Positions 24,507 through 34,983 of a DNA stretch of 64,000 nucleotides are shown one piece after another. Each line of letters starts with the position of its first letter. Position 1 is the stretch's first letter. Below the pieces are notes generated by a model, which did not search any database, had not been told where the DNA came from, and saw only the letters and a list, made by a program, of their open reading frames with translations. The DNA lies in contig NW_027191457.1 in NCBI RefSeq assembly GCF_011745625.1, forward strand, positions 124,001 to 188,000. The letters are read 5' to 3'. The DNA comes from Cladosporium halotolerans (taxonomy: Eukaryota). A program made the translations under genes and the position numbers.

Positions 24507-26487
24507 ATGGGCTTCCTTGCTAAGATCTCCGCCCTGGCCCTGGCAGCCTCGGTTTCCGTCGCCGCTCAAGATGTCGACTTGGATTCGATCAATAAAAGCG
24601 TCGACAACGAGCTCTCCCAGGTCGATACCAATGGTAATTAATCACTATGCCTCCTTACTACAAGTTGCTCTGTGCGCTGACAGCGGTCCCTTCAGGCGAC
24701 AGCACACTTGGTACCATCAACAGCACTGAGCTCGACCGTTTCCTTGACGGTCCCAAGCCTGGTGGCTCAATCTGGCCATGGGGATCAAGAGATGCGAACA
24801 ACACCAACCCATACGACCCGAAGGCGATCCCGAACACTGGCATCACCCGCCAGTACGATTGGCACATCACCAACACTACGATGGCGCCTGACGGCGTGAA
24901 GACTCCTATGGTAAGCATGCATTTGTTATCAGACCCCACGCAAACACTAACCCGGCGCAGCTGGTCGTGAACAACCAATTCCCAGGTCCCCTCATCGAGG
25001 CCAATTGGGGCGACTACATCGAGATTACTGTGCACAATGACCTCGAGAACGAGGGTACTTCCATCCACTGGCACGGCTTCTTGCAGACCGCAACTCCCTG
25101 GTACGATGGTGTCTCCACCGTCAGCCAGTGCCCTATTGCTCCGGGCACTTCCTTCACCTACCGCATTCGCGCTGAGCTGTTCGGCACCACTTGGTGGCAC
25201 GCTCATCACTCCTCGCAATACCTTAACGGTCTCTCTGGTCCTATCGTCATCCACGGCCCTGCGACTGATGACTGGGACGTCGATGTCGGCCCCGTCATGT
25301 TGTCTGACTGGTTCCACGACTACTACGAGAACCTTCTGCAGCAGGTCTACCATGCATCCAGGGAGGGACCCATCTTCCCGCCGAACGCCAACAACATGCT
25401 CATCAACGGCAAGGCCAACTACCCTTGCAACGAGACCGAAAGGGAGTGCACGCCCAACGCCGGTCTTGCGTCTTTTGCTTTCAAGACTGGCAAGAAGCAT
25501 CTCCTCCGTCTGATCAACCACAGTGCTGAGGCTGTGCTCTTCTTCTCCATCGATGGCTACAACATGACCGTTATCACCAACGACTTCGTTGCCGTCGAGC
25601 CCTACCAGACTGACATGGTTACCCTCGCCGTTGGCCAGCGTGTCGAAGTCGTCGTTCAGGGTGGAGACGATCCCAAGGAGTCTGTTTGGATGAGGCTTTC
25701 AGAGGGCCCTTCGGGTCTCGGCCCCGAGGGCAAGACTGGCTGCAGCTTGAACGACGGCATTGCCACCTCTGTCAACGCAAAGATCTTCTACGAGGAGGCT
25801 GACCAGACCATCGAGCCTAACACCACCTCGCACGTTGATGAATCTCGTTACCTCTTCCCCAAGGCCTGCGCCAACGGCCCTCTCGACGAGGCTGTCCCAT
25901 CCTACAAGATGAACATTTCGGAGCCTGAGGTCACCCTTGACTTTGTCCTCACTGGCTTGAACAACGCCACCGGCGAGTTCGTCTGGTACATGAACAACGT
26001 CACCTACATGGGCGACTACAACGAGCCCATCTTCCTCGACGCCGCCGTCGGCGCGACCAACTTCACCAAGGAGAAGCAGGTCTTCAACATGGGCAATGCC
26101 AAGTCCGTCCGCATCGTCATGCACTCCGTCGGCTTCCCGGCTTCTCACCCCATGCACGCTCACGGCCACAACATGTTTATCCTCGCCGAGGGCACCGGCG
26201 AGTGGGACGGCAAGATCGTCAACCCCAGCAACCCGGCGCGCCGCGACACCCAGCTCGTCCGCCCCAACGGCTACCTCGTCGTGCAGATCGAGCTCGAGAA
26301 CCCCGGCGTCTGGCCCGTCCACTGCCACGTCGCCTGGCACACGTCGCAGGGCATGAACATCAACCTGCTCGAGCAGCCCAAGGAGGTCCAGAAGATGGAC
26401 GTGCCCGCCTCCATCGCGCAGACCTGCCGCAACTGGTGGGACTTTACCGACAACAACTACGTCGCGCAGATCGACTCCGGCTTGTAA
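24507..26487 (+). CDS. Secreted laccase-like multicopper oxidase; exons 24507-24633, 24696-24910, 24961-26487
   Basis: Signal peptide MGFLAKISALALAASVSVAAQ. Copper motifs HWHG, WWHAH, HPMHAHGH and HCHVAWHTSQGM, and the ascomycete C-terminal DSGL plug. Confidence 0.95.
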
Positions 26488-26942
26488 GAGCCGGGCGTCA
26501 TTGCGGCAACTTTTCCTTCTTTGTCCATCTTGATATTTTCTGTCATTTTTCCTTTTTCTTATGTCACGGCCTGAACGTCACAGATACCCGGAATGCTTTC
26601 TGATGGGTTTGGAAGCATCCGAATATCTTTCGTATAGACTAATTCATTAATTCTTATCTAATATCACCGATGGCTGCCTGGTGCAGGGCATCGGGACCAA
26701 AGGATGGTCATCACAAAATGGAAGTTTTTCAAATCATTACTCTATGCTCATTTCTCGAATCTCTCAATTCGCCTTGCCTCCCAACGGTCCTGCGTTGCTG
26801 TGCTCCTTCAGCTCCGCCACAAGTTTTACCACTCGCCTCCCGACGCAGAGCGCCGCCCTCGCTTCGAAACATTCATGATCTCTTTTTGTTGCTGACCACT
26901 GGAATCACACAACACAAACAAGTACGACAGCAGCAGCCGGAC

Positions 26943-27707
26943 ATGGAGTCTGCGCAAAGGACCGCCCCAAAAGCTTTCCAGGCGAAGTTACTGATGGTCG
27001 GAGCCAGCTCTTCTATGTATCGCCTCGGCGAGGTCGTTATCAAGGTCCCCCGCATCGACCAAGACGCCGAGATCACGAAAGCGAACGCAAAAGCGATGAC
27101 GGTCGAGGCAAATGTGTATCGCATTCTTGGATCCCATCCTCTGATTGGTAGTTGCAAGTACATTAGCCCGACTAGGGATATGATCGTGCTGGAGTTCTAC
27201 GACAACGGAAACCTCAAAGACTACGTTGCCGCCCACGGCCCAACGCAGCTTCGAAAGTGGGCAAAGCAGATGATACAAGCAGTGGAGTTCGTCCACAGCA
27301 AAGGTGTACGCCACTTTGACATCAGACTTGAACAATGGCTCCTGGATTCCGAGATGAACGCGCGACTCAGCGATTTCGACTCGTCTGGACACGACGAGTG
27401 CCTTTCCCTTGGCTTAAGATGCAAGAGAGCTCTGGGTAACGAAGCTCCGAGCCACTTCATGCCCCGAGATCCATCAGACGACAACTCCGTCCTTTCCGAT
27501 CTGTTCGCACTAGGGTCCGCACTCTACGAACTCGAGCAGGGCAGCTCTCCATATGCGGGTGAAGACGAGGAGACGATTACCAAACAATTTGCACTCCAAG
27601 AGTTTCCATCGGTGTCCGGCTTGACTTTGGGATGCATCATCTCCAGATCCTGGAAAGGTGGTTTTAGTTCAGCTTCAGAAATGTGTCGCTCGGGAATACA
27701 GATTTGA
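26943..27707 (+). CDS. Small atypical protein-kinase-like protein
   Basis: VVIKVP (catalytic Lys), IVLEFYDNGNLKDY, FVHSKGVRHFDIRLEQWLLD, RLSDFD and SDLFALGSALYEL. Confidence 0.8.
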   Translation: MESAQRTAPKAFQAKLLMVGASSSMYRLGEVVIKVPRIDQDAEITKANAKAMTVEANVYRILGSHPLIGSCKYISPTRDMIVLEFYDNGNLKDYVAAHGPTQLRKWAKQMIQAVEFVHSKGVRHFDIRLEQWLLDSEMNARLSDFDSSGHDECLSLGLRCKRALGNEAPSHFMPRDPSDDNSVLSDLFALGSALYELEQGSSPYAGEDEETITKQFALQEFPSVSGLTLGCIISRSWKGGFSSASEMCRSGIQI

Positions 27708-27732
27708 GAGTCATAATGGACTTGCGCCCTTT

Positions 27733-28410
27733 TTACGGATGATCATGGCGAAGGCGCTGCGTAACAGCTGCAGTCCTAGCTAGCAATGCCCATTCATACT
27801 CCCAATTTTCCACCGTCTGTCCTTCACGACCGGAAATACGCAGTGGGCTCGGAGCGCTTGGCCATACATACATGTCGACGGCCGGATCGAGTGGCCGGCA
27901 AGTCTGCACGCCCTTAGCAGCTCTCAGCTGGCCGTCAAGCCCTCGCAGCCACGGATGCACGACCTCGACGAACTGTCCGATAGAAACAAAGTCGTCGGCG
28001 ACAATCTGTATGCGCGGCCCTGGACCCGGCCGATCCTGGCCACAGCAGTGCTCTACGATGCCTTCGGTGTCAAAGCGCTCGCCATCATGGTCTGGTGAGT
28101 CCTCGGGCTCAGCATGCTCGCGATGCACGCCGATCCAGTCAGCAGCGTAGTCGTTGAGAATCTCGATCGAAACTGTGATGGCCGACACTGGTGGGGAGGT
28201 CAAGGCTGATTGTGAGATGGGATGGCTGGGTGAATATGGCTCTTTTGGAGAGTTGGCGTCTGCAGCGTGGTGCAAGATGGCAATTGAGCTGTACAAATCG
28301 TCCCTTTTGAGGGACCAGCGAAGGCGGAAGAAGTCATCCGAGGCGGTCACCGCTGGTGCTTTCGGGCTTCTGGCCACAAGTGCTTCATATGTTGGTCGTG
28401 TGACCGACAT
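27733..28410 (-). CDS. Hypothetical protein (about 225 aa)
   Basis: Open frame from MSVTRPTYEALVARSP containing HCCGQDRP and FVSIGQFVEVVHPWL. Convergent with the kinase-like gene. Confidence 0.65.
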   Translation of the reverse strand: MSVTRPTYEALVARSPKAPAVTASDDFFRLRWSLKRDDLYSSIAILHHAADANSPKEPYSPSHPISQSALTSPPVSAITVSIEILNDYAADWIGVHREHAEPEDSPDHDGERFDTEGIVEHCCGQDRPGPGPRIQIVADDFVSIGQFVEVVHPWLRGLDGQLRAAKGVQTCRPLDPAVDMYVWPSAPSPLRISGREGQTVENWEYEWALLARTAAVTQRLRHDHP

Positions 28411-29045
28411 GCTAGCAAAACAGCAGAGGGTGGTTGAGGGATGTAGAAATTTGTCACACTGGTTATCTGATATCAGTGACAAATTCGACGGTACTCATCT
28501 CTTGGAATTGCATTTCTCTCTACAAACTCAATCTTGTTGATGCCTAAAAAGACGAAGGTGCCCGTGCTTCTCTAGCGAGCCGAGATGCATATGGTAACGA
28601 GGCGGAAGGGTCACGTGATCAGACACAAGCCATCAGTCGTTCGCATCAGCCTCGCCTACTTCGCCAAGCCTTGCCCGCAGATTGCACCTTTCCGTGTGCT
28701 TTTGGGTAAGTAACTGAGCAACAAGGCTCGAGCATGCATTATGCAATGATATGCCAGCCTGAGCAGTCCTTGAGACGAAACCATAGCATAGGCGTTCTCG
28801 CGTGGTGAAAGGGATCGAATTATTAAGCGAACTAATTGCATCCTGCTGACTCGATCCTCCGTCAGGCAGCAATGCTGATGTAGGCAGCAATGCTCAGGAT
28901 GTATGCCTTGGCGTTATTCGTGATGTTTTTAGGCGGGCAGTGCCTAGGCCCGTAGCATTCTGCATCGGACGACACCGGGCGACCGAAGCATACCGACTTG
29001 TCAACAATTTACACGGCTGACAAGTCTGTACAAGGTGTAGATACG

Positions 29046-30593
29046 ATGTTTACCGTCAAAGAGGACTATCGCGATCTTGCGTACAAGCTCTGTGAAGGAC
29101 GCGAGGTGCCGTTGTTGGTCACGGACATGGTGGCTGGATACTTGGACCACTGGGATCTCTTCAACATCAATGTCCTTTCGCGAAGCCTCAACGAACACGC
29201 AAATGCCCACATATATCGGGATGTTGTCATTGATCTTGATGGCGGCAAGCATTCCATCAAAAAGGCCTCTCTGCTCTTCCGTACGCTACTCACAAGCCAA
29301 ACGGCCGCGCGAGCCGTCCGCACCCTCTCCCTGGCGGGTGATCCTCTGCAGGATTGGAGAAACGAATTTTCGCCAGTGAGATATGACCAGGGCATCGAGG
29401 ACCCGCTTCGCGATAGAATTCCACCGGGAATTCACGCTGATCTCACCGAATTCAACCACGGAGAAATCGAGCTCTACCACGAAGTCTCGGATTCATATTT
29501 GGCGAGCATGCGCCCACCCACCAGCGAGATATCCTTATGGGCACTTTTCCTGCACATGCTACGTCTCACGCCTCATTGCCAGGACTTAAGCGTCAGCTCT
29601 GACTATTTTCGGTTCCCCGACTTCCGCAGAACCTTGGGAGACATGGCTCGAGATCCGTCAATGGAGAAGCTGCAGTCTTGCAGTCTATGCCTAGACTTGA
29701 TACACGGCGATCGTCGGCACGCCAGTATCGCAAAGGATTGGGATAGTATATTGCTCACGTTATTCGCGGTGCCAGACCTCCAGAGCTTCGCAGCAGTAGT
29801 AAGTCTGAAAACTGAGGCCGTCCGTCAGCTACCGTATGGTGGATCCTCGATTACACGTCTCGTTTTGCATCACTATCAGGTCCAGGATTTTGACATAGAC
29901 TCCTTGTTGGCGGCCACACCAAATCTAAGATACTTGGAGTATCACGCCAGGACCGATTACGAGTGGGTCAATGCGTATTGCTGGGAGGAGCCGAAGCCAG
30001 AGCACGGTGAAGGCCTTGAGGCTCTCTACGATGCGCTGCATCATGTAAGTGGAAGCCTAGAAGAGCTTCACACATCTCACGAATTTGACGAGGACAGCAT
30101 TTGCTTCAATCCAGCCTACGCTGTAGATAGTGAGCCTCCTTTCCGTCAAAGAGGAGAACTGTCGAGCTTGAAGCGGCTGCATGCCTTAACCATCCCTTAC
30201 GCGACGCTACTCGGATGGCAACGCAAGGATTGTGTCTGGGAATGGGACAGAATCTTGCCGCCATCACTTCGCCGTACCGTCTTGACCGACAGCCTCCAAA
30301 AAAGCTGCTTCATCGACTGCTGGAGAGACCAAGACCTGATGCCGGTCATATCCAGCCTTGTAGAGTGGCTATCGGCTAAAGAGCGAGGGAATGAAGCGGC
30401 AGTATTCGGACTGCATTTGACCGTTCTTCAATCCGATTTCAATGAGCCAGTGCGACAACAGTTGACTCGAATGTGCGAGGAGCGCGGCGTGCGGTGCTCG
30501 ATTGAGAAAGTACATCCGGACCGTCACAGAATACCGAGGGCTCAGTGGGTGAGGCGCGGCGGGAGAGGGGGTACGATCAGAGGACGTGGCTGA
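29046..30593 (+). CDS. Hypothetical F-box-like/LRR-like protein
   Basis: About 515-aa intronless ORF. N-terminal VPLLVTDMVAGYLDHWDLFNINVLSRSLNEHANAHIYRDV resembles a degenerate F-box, followed by LxxLxL segments (TPNLRYLEY, SLEELHT, LKRLHALTI). Confidence 0.65.
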   Translation: MFTVKEDYRDLAYKLCEGREVPLLVTDMVAGYLDHWDLFNINVLSRSLNEHANAHIYRDVVIDLDGGKHSIKKASLLFRTLLTSQTAARAVRTLSLAGDPLQDWRNEFSPVRYDQGIEDPLRDRIPPGIHADLTEFNHGEIELYHEVSDSYLASMRPPTSEISLWALFLHMLRLTPHCQDLSVSSDYFRFPDFRRTLGDMARDPSMEKLQSCSLCLDLIHGDRRHASIAKDWDSILLTLFAVPDLQSFAAVVSLKTEAVRQLPYGGSSITRLVLHHYQVQDFDIDSLLAATPNLRYLEYHARTDYEWVNAYCWEEPKPEHGEGLEALYDALHHVSGSLEELHTSHEFDEDSICFNPAYAVDSEPPFRQRGELSSLKRLHALTIPYATLLGWQRKDCVWEWDRILPPSLRRTVLTDSLQKSCFIDCWRDQDLMPVISSLVEWLSAKERGNEAAVFGLHLTVLQSDFNEPVRQQLTRMCEERGVRCSIEKVHPDRHRIPRAQWVRRGGRGGTIRGRG

Positions 30594-31551
30594 GGACGTG
30601 GTTCATGAGCATGGAACCAGGCGACTGGTGCTATGGCTGGCGACGGTATGGTAATCTGGCCTGCTATATGATTTTGCCATTCTTTCCTCTGTTTGAGGTG
30701 GTTTGTTGCAGTCTTGAAGAGGCCTCTCAAAACAGCCTGAGGAATTCAGATACTTTAATTTGATCGGTGGGAGAGCTTTGGTGGTAAGTTCAGCTTTTTT
30801 TCGTAGCGAACGTGAGGTCGATGACAATGGCCACGTGGGGAGAAATGAGGCATTCATTTTCATTACCAACGATTGCGGGTTGGAATAGACAGACTCAAGC
30901 CATCTGCGTAACAAGGTATTTTCAGTCGTCCACTTGCCAATTTTACAAGGCGAAAGCCTGAGACGTTGGATATGGCGTGCTCGGATGTGGTGCGTGGGCT
31001 TGCAGATGGCGACATAGTCGCGGCAACCCACTTCAGGCAACACCACCGTGGATCTTTACACCTTACCAACTCAATTCGTACCTTACAATCACTATAGGCT
31101 GAGCTTGTGGGCTCGCCTATGCCAATGCCACGAGGGCAGGTTGGAGTTACACGCGACAGTACCATAACGGCGTGACGCCGTTCTGAGGGCAGGTCTCATA
31201 AGTATAGTTACAAGCATGGTAATTAATTATGTTCAATAATAAACCTAGCATCTCGAAAAGGTTCTATTTCTTACGATAGCCCATCAATATGAGGTGCCTG
31301 ATTCCAGCAGCATGAGATGAAGCCATGCTATCCTGCGATGGCGTGCTTTACCTTCATATCAGTACGGCGCCCAGAATCTCAACGGACAAGTTGATGGCGT
31401 GCAGCCACAATGATAGGGCTCACTTTTCACATTGCTTATAATCGATCGATGCAGTAGACCCAGCGATAATTTCTTGTGTGGTCATTGCCTTTCTTGAGCG
31501 ATCACATTGTCTCAATTTATTTTCTTCTTGAGCGAGACTTCTATCGCATTC

Positions 31552-33144
31552 ATGACCGACTTTGGGAAAGGCACTGCGTCGCCCGTGACCAGTGAGCATG
31601 ACTACTCTGAGCCTCCTCAGAAACGCAAGAGTAAGCCGCCTTTGACAAATGCCGGAAAATGATAAACTTACGCAGCGCGGCAGGCGTGAAATGGTACCGA
31701 TCGACGTGGTTCAACGCCCTCATCCTTGGAATATGTAACTTCTTAGCCCCGGGTATATGGGGCGCGATGAACTCCTTAGGCGGCGGAGGCCAGCAATCAC
31801 CCTGGTTGGTCAATACCGCTAACGCCCTGACTTTCTGCCTGATGGTGTTGACGTGCATGCTCTCCGGCGTGTTCGTGAAATATCTCGGAATCAAATGGAC
31901 ACTCATCCTGGGTGCAGCAGGCTATTGCCCCTACGCCGCAGGTCTGTATTGCAATAACCGGTTCGGCACTGGTTGGTTCGTGCTACTGGGAGCGGCCCTC
32001 TGCGGCTTGGGTGCCGGAATCTTCTGGATGGCAGAAGCTGCTATCGCACTCGCATATCCTGAGCCGGAGAACCAAGGACGCTTTCTGGGATTCTGGCTCA
32101 GCTTTCGCGTCCTTGGACAAATCCTCGGCGGTGCCATAAACCTTGGCCTGAACTCCACTCGAAACACGGCAGGATCTGTCTCCTACACAGTGTTCCAGAT
32201 CTTCATCGCCCTACAAGCTGCAGGACCGTTCGCCGGACTCTTGCTCTCGCATCCGTCCCAGGTTCAGCGGACAGATGGGGTTCCAGTTTCCTGTAGCATC
32301 CCCAAATCCCAGCGTATCCTGCGGGAGTTGGCATCTACGGGCAAGATCTTCATCAGCAAGCCATTTCTCATGATAATTCCTCTGATCGCTCAAGGTGTCT
32401 TCGCCGAAGCGGCTTTCTTCACATACGCAGGCCTCTGGTTCAGCGTCCGAGCAAGAGCACTCGGCTCTTTCCTCGCCGGCGTCGTCGCTTTGGCCTCGGG
32501 TAACGTGCTCGGAGCATTCCTCGACAATAAAAAGCTTAATCTGAATACTCGCAGCCGCTGGGCGTTCGGAGTGATCATGGCCTCGCAAGGCGCCTGGTGG
32601 ATTTGGGGTGCTGTCAACGTGACCGAGTTCAGAAGATCTCAGCCCGTGTTCGACTGGGCTGACGACGGCTTTGGGAAGGCCTTCGCATGGTTCATCTTCA
32701 TGGTGATTGGATTCCAGCTGAACTACATGTTCGCGTAAGTACACCTCGAAAGCCGAGCTGGCGCATTGGCTGACTTCTGTTAGCTATTTTGTGGTCGGAA
32801 ATCTCGCGGAGACAGACGAGGAAGTGATCCGCTACGCAGGCCTACTCAGAGGCACCGAGTCCGCAGTCCAAGCTGTTTCAGTATGTGCGCAGAACTCCCA
32901 ATATACTATCTTTTGTCTGACCTGTGTTGCGTAGTACGGCCTGTCCAGCATTCAGGTCATGGGCCAAGTCGGCTGCATATACATCAACTTCGGACTATGG
33001 GCGCTTGCAATCGTTCCTGGATGGCTTGTCGTGAGGAAGTTTGGCCTCGACTCCGAAGACAAGAAGCTGGATCGAGAGAAGCGTCGTGTGGTGGGAGGAG
33101 AAGGCCTGTCGGACATCGAAGCCAGTGAGCCAGACATTGTTTAA
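31552..33144 (+). CDS. UNC-93-like (DUF895) MFS membrane protein; exons 31552-31630, 31684-32734, 32784-32880, 32935-33144
   Basis: KWYRSTWFNALILGICNFLAPGIWGAMNSLGGGG, GAGIFWMAEAAIALAYPEP and IRYAGLLRGTESAVQAVSYG. Three GT-AG introns keep the frame. Confidence 0.85.
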
Positions 33145-33551
33145 AAAGAGTTGTACGCTTCAATGGTTGTCGGTCGGTTTGAAGTACCACCGATCATTCT
33201 TGAGTCGTGGGGCATGTTAGCTTCTCCGGAGAACCATAAGATTTGGGTAGCCCATTGGAGATGGTAGCATACAAAGATATCCTCTACTGGCAGATGCAAT
33301 TGCAAAGATACATTGCCGTTCAGAATACCAGTTGTGGAGGCGTAGCTGATCAACGATGCTTTGTGTCAGTGTATAGAGCGAGAGCTTTATTGACCCTTCC
33401 GGAAATACTTCTTCCGAATCGCTCAGGCGTTACGAACCTTACGGCTTGGCCGAAACTACTGACAACCAGTGCAGAGACTAAGGTATATCCCCTGAAGCAA
33501 CATCATCTCAGGTCTGAAACCATTCCCGTGTAAGGACATGAACAGTGCAAG

Positions 33552-33563
33552 AAAAAGCAAAAA
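33552..33563 (-). terminator. Pol III-type oligo-T terminator downstream of tRNA-Ser
   Basis: The minus strand reads TTTTTGCTTTTT, starting 8 nt after the discriminator base. Confidence 0.7.
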
Positions 33564-33604
33564 GATATTTCGACACCTGTGTGATTCGAACACACGCTCC
33601 CGAA

Positions 33605-33660
33605 CTGGACAATTGTTAGGACATGTCGGATGAGATGAGATCTTTGAGGCTCGAACTTAC
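33605..33660 (-). other. Spliceosomal-type intron 2 of tRNA-Ser (56 nt, in the variable arm)
   Basis: GTAAGT donor, CCTAAC branch site at 33620-33615, GTCCAG acceptor. Confidence 0.9.
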
Positions 33661-33697
33661 GGAACTGCCTTAGCAGGGCAGCGCGTTAACCACTCCG

Positions 33698-33752
33698 CTG
33701 GAGAACTTGTTAATGCCCGTCCGTGACCGATGGATGCTTGGAGCAAGCTTAC
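33698..33752 (-). other. Spliceosomal-type intron 1 of tRNA-Ser (55 nt, between tRNA positions 10 and 11)
   Basis: GTAAGC donor, CATTAAC branch site at 33715-33709, TTCTCCAG acceptor. Confidence 0.88.
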
Positions 33753-34983
33753 CCAAAGTGCCAATTGATGAATCGGTGACGACATTGGAAGTTTCACAAA
33801 CTATATAACTCAATTTTGAAGTAGGGAAGCCCTAAGCGCCGAATTCCTTGGACTTTCGAGACGCCGAGCAGAAGATCAATCTTCAACATGAGTGCAATGC
33901 AGTAAATCTAGTAATGATGGAAGAAAATAGACAGCGTCTTGCATTACTTTGCTACAGATGCTTAGATAGTCAACACTCAGCTAACCATCACGTGCCCTAA
34001 GTCTTGCAAGCTTTTGAAGACTTCAAGTCATGTTCTAGTAGAGTGAATGTATTGGACGCTAGGTCGAAATACATCTCCATAGTCGATGGAAAATATAGTA
34101 CCGGGTAACTCCTTTTCCTAGCAGAGACAGGAGAATAGAAACACATAGTAGTAACGACTTTTTCCTGGGAACAGTTTGTATACAAAACTTGATTCTGTAT
34201 GAAAATTCGATTCTGTATGATCCAGTGAATGAGCTCTTCTTGCGTAAGGCAACGGCATCCATAGCCGCCTCGGAACCTGCACGACAGTCAAGTCACATCA
34301 CTTCACTCCGCCTCAGCGTGGCCGAATCATGCGTTGCTTGTGAAGGCATCCGTAGGCGACGGCGCGCGGGTTACGAAACCGGCTTAGCGCAGAGAGCTCC
34401 CGCATGGGCTTGGCTGCAGCTTTGCAACAACGCGCCTCACGCTTTCTCGCCCGCCAGCAAGCACTACAAGAAAAGCTGCCCGCCAGCATCCGCGCGCTGC
34501 GCTACTCTTCAACCAAATCTCTCCTTTAGCGTGTACATTACGACCAGAACTGCGACCCGTGTCTGCGCCAGCGACGGCGCTCGACGACCCCTTCGACATC
34601 GCCATTCAGCGACGTCTCTTCACGACTACGCGCGCGTCTTGTCTTTGACATTCTCGCAGCAGCTGCAATACCACAAGGTACGAGGCAGTCCAGCAACTTT
34701 GCGCGTAGCATTTTCGCTGCGCTCGTTTGATTCCGCACGGCTTGAGCACCATTTGACTGCTGGGCGTCAGGAGACTGGCGCACTGGAGCTCGGCAAGGAG
34801 TCTACTTCCGGGTTGAACTCGAGGACATACTTTGCTAACTTAGACCCCTTACAGGCTTTCACTGCACCCATCTCCCGCCATCCCGCGCTTGCGCGCTTGC
34901 GCGAAATCATTTGCGACCTGTCCACCTGCATAGTGGCTCCTTCACTAGACTTGCAGTGCACCAGCTCGATCTAAACCACCAGT

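Larger units (their letters stand above)
33571..33762 (-). tRNA. tRNA-Ser(GCT) split by two spliceosomal-type introns; exons 33762-33753, 33697-33661, 33604-33571
   Basis: Joined exons: GGCACTTTGG+CGGAGTGGTTAACGCGCTGCCCTGCTAAGGCAGTTCC+TTCGGGAGCGTGTGTTCGAATCACACAGGTGTCG (81 nt). Acceptor stem GGCACTT/AGGTGTC, D-loop GG, anticodon stem CTGCC/GGCAG around CT-GCT-AA, variable arm TCC-TTCG-GGA, T-arm GTGTG-TTCGAAT-CACAC, discriminator G73. Confidence 0.92.

Noticed and set aside
30603..31165. Short minus-strand ORFs, possible gene or transposon remnant
   Set aside because: Non-ATG starts, no recognisable domain and no terminal repeats.
33605..33752. Reading the locus as a tRNA pseudogene, a SINE head or a tRNA with canonical SEN introns
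   Set aside because: All stems and identity elements are intact after splicing, the inserts are not at 37/38, both carry full spliceosomal signals, and no SINE body or tail follows.
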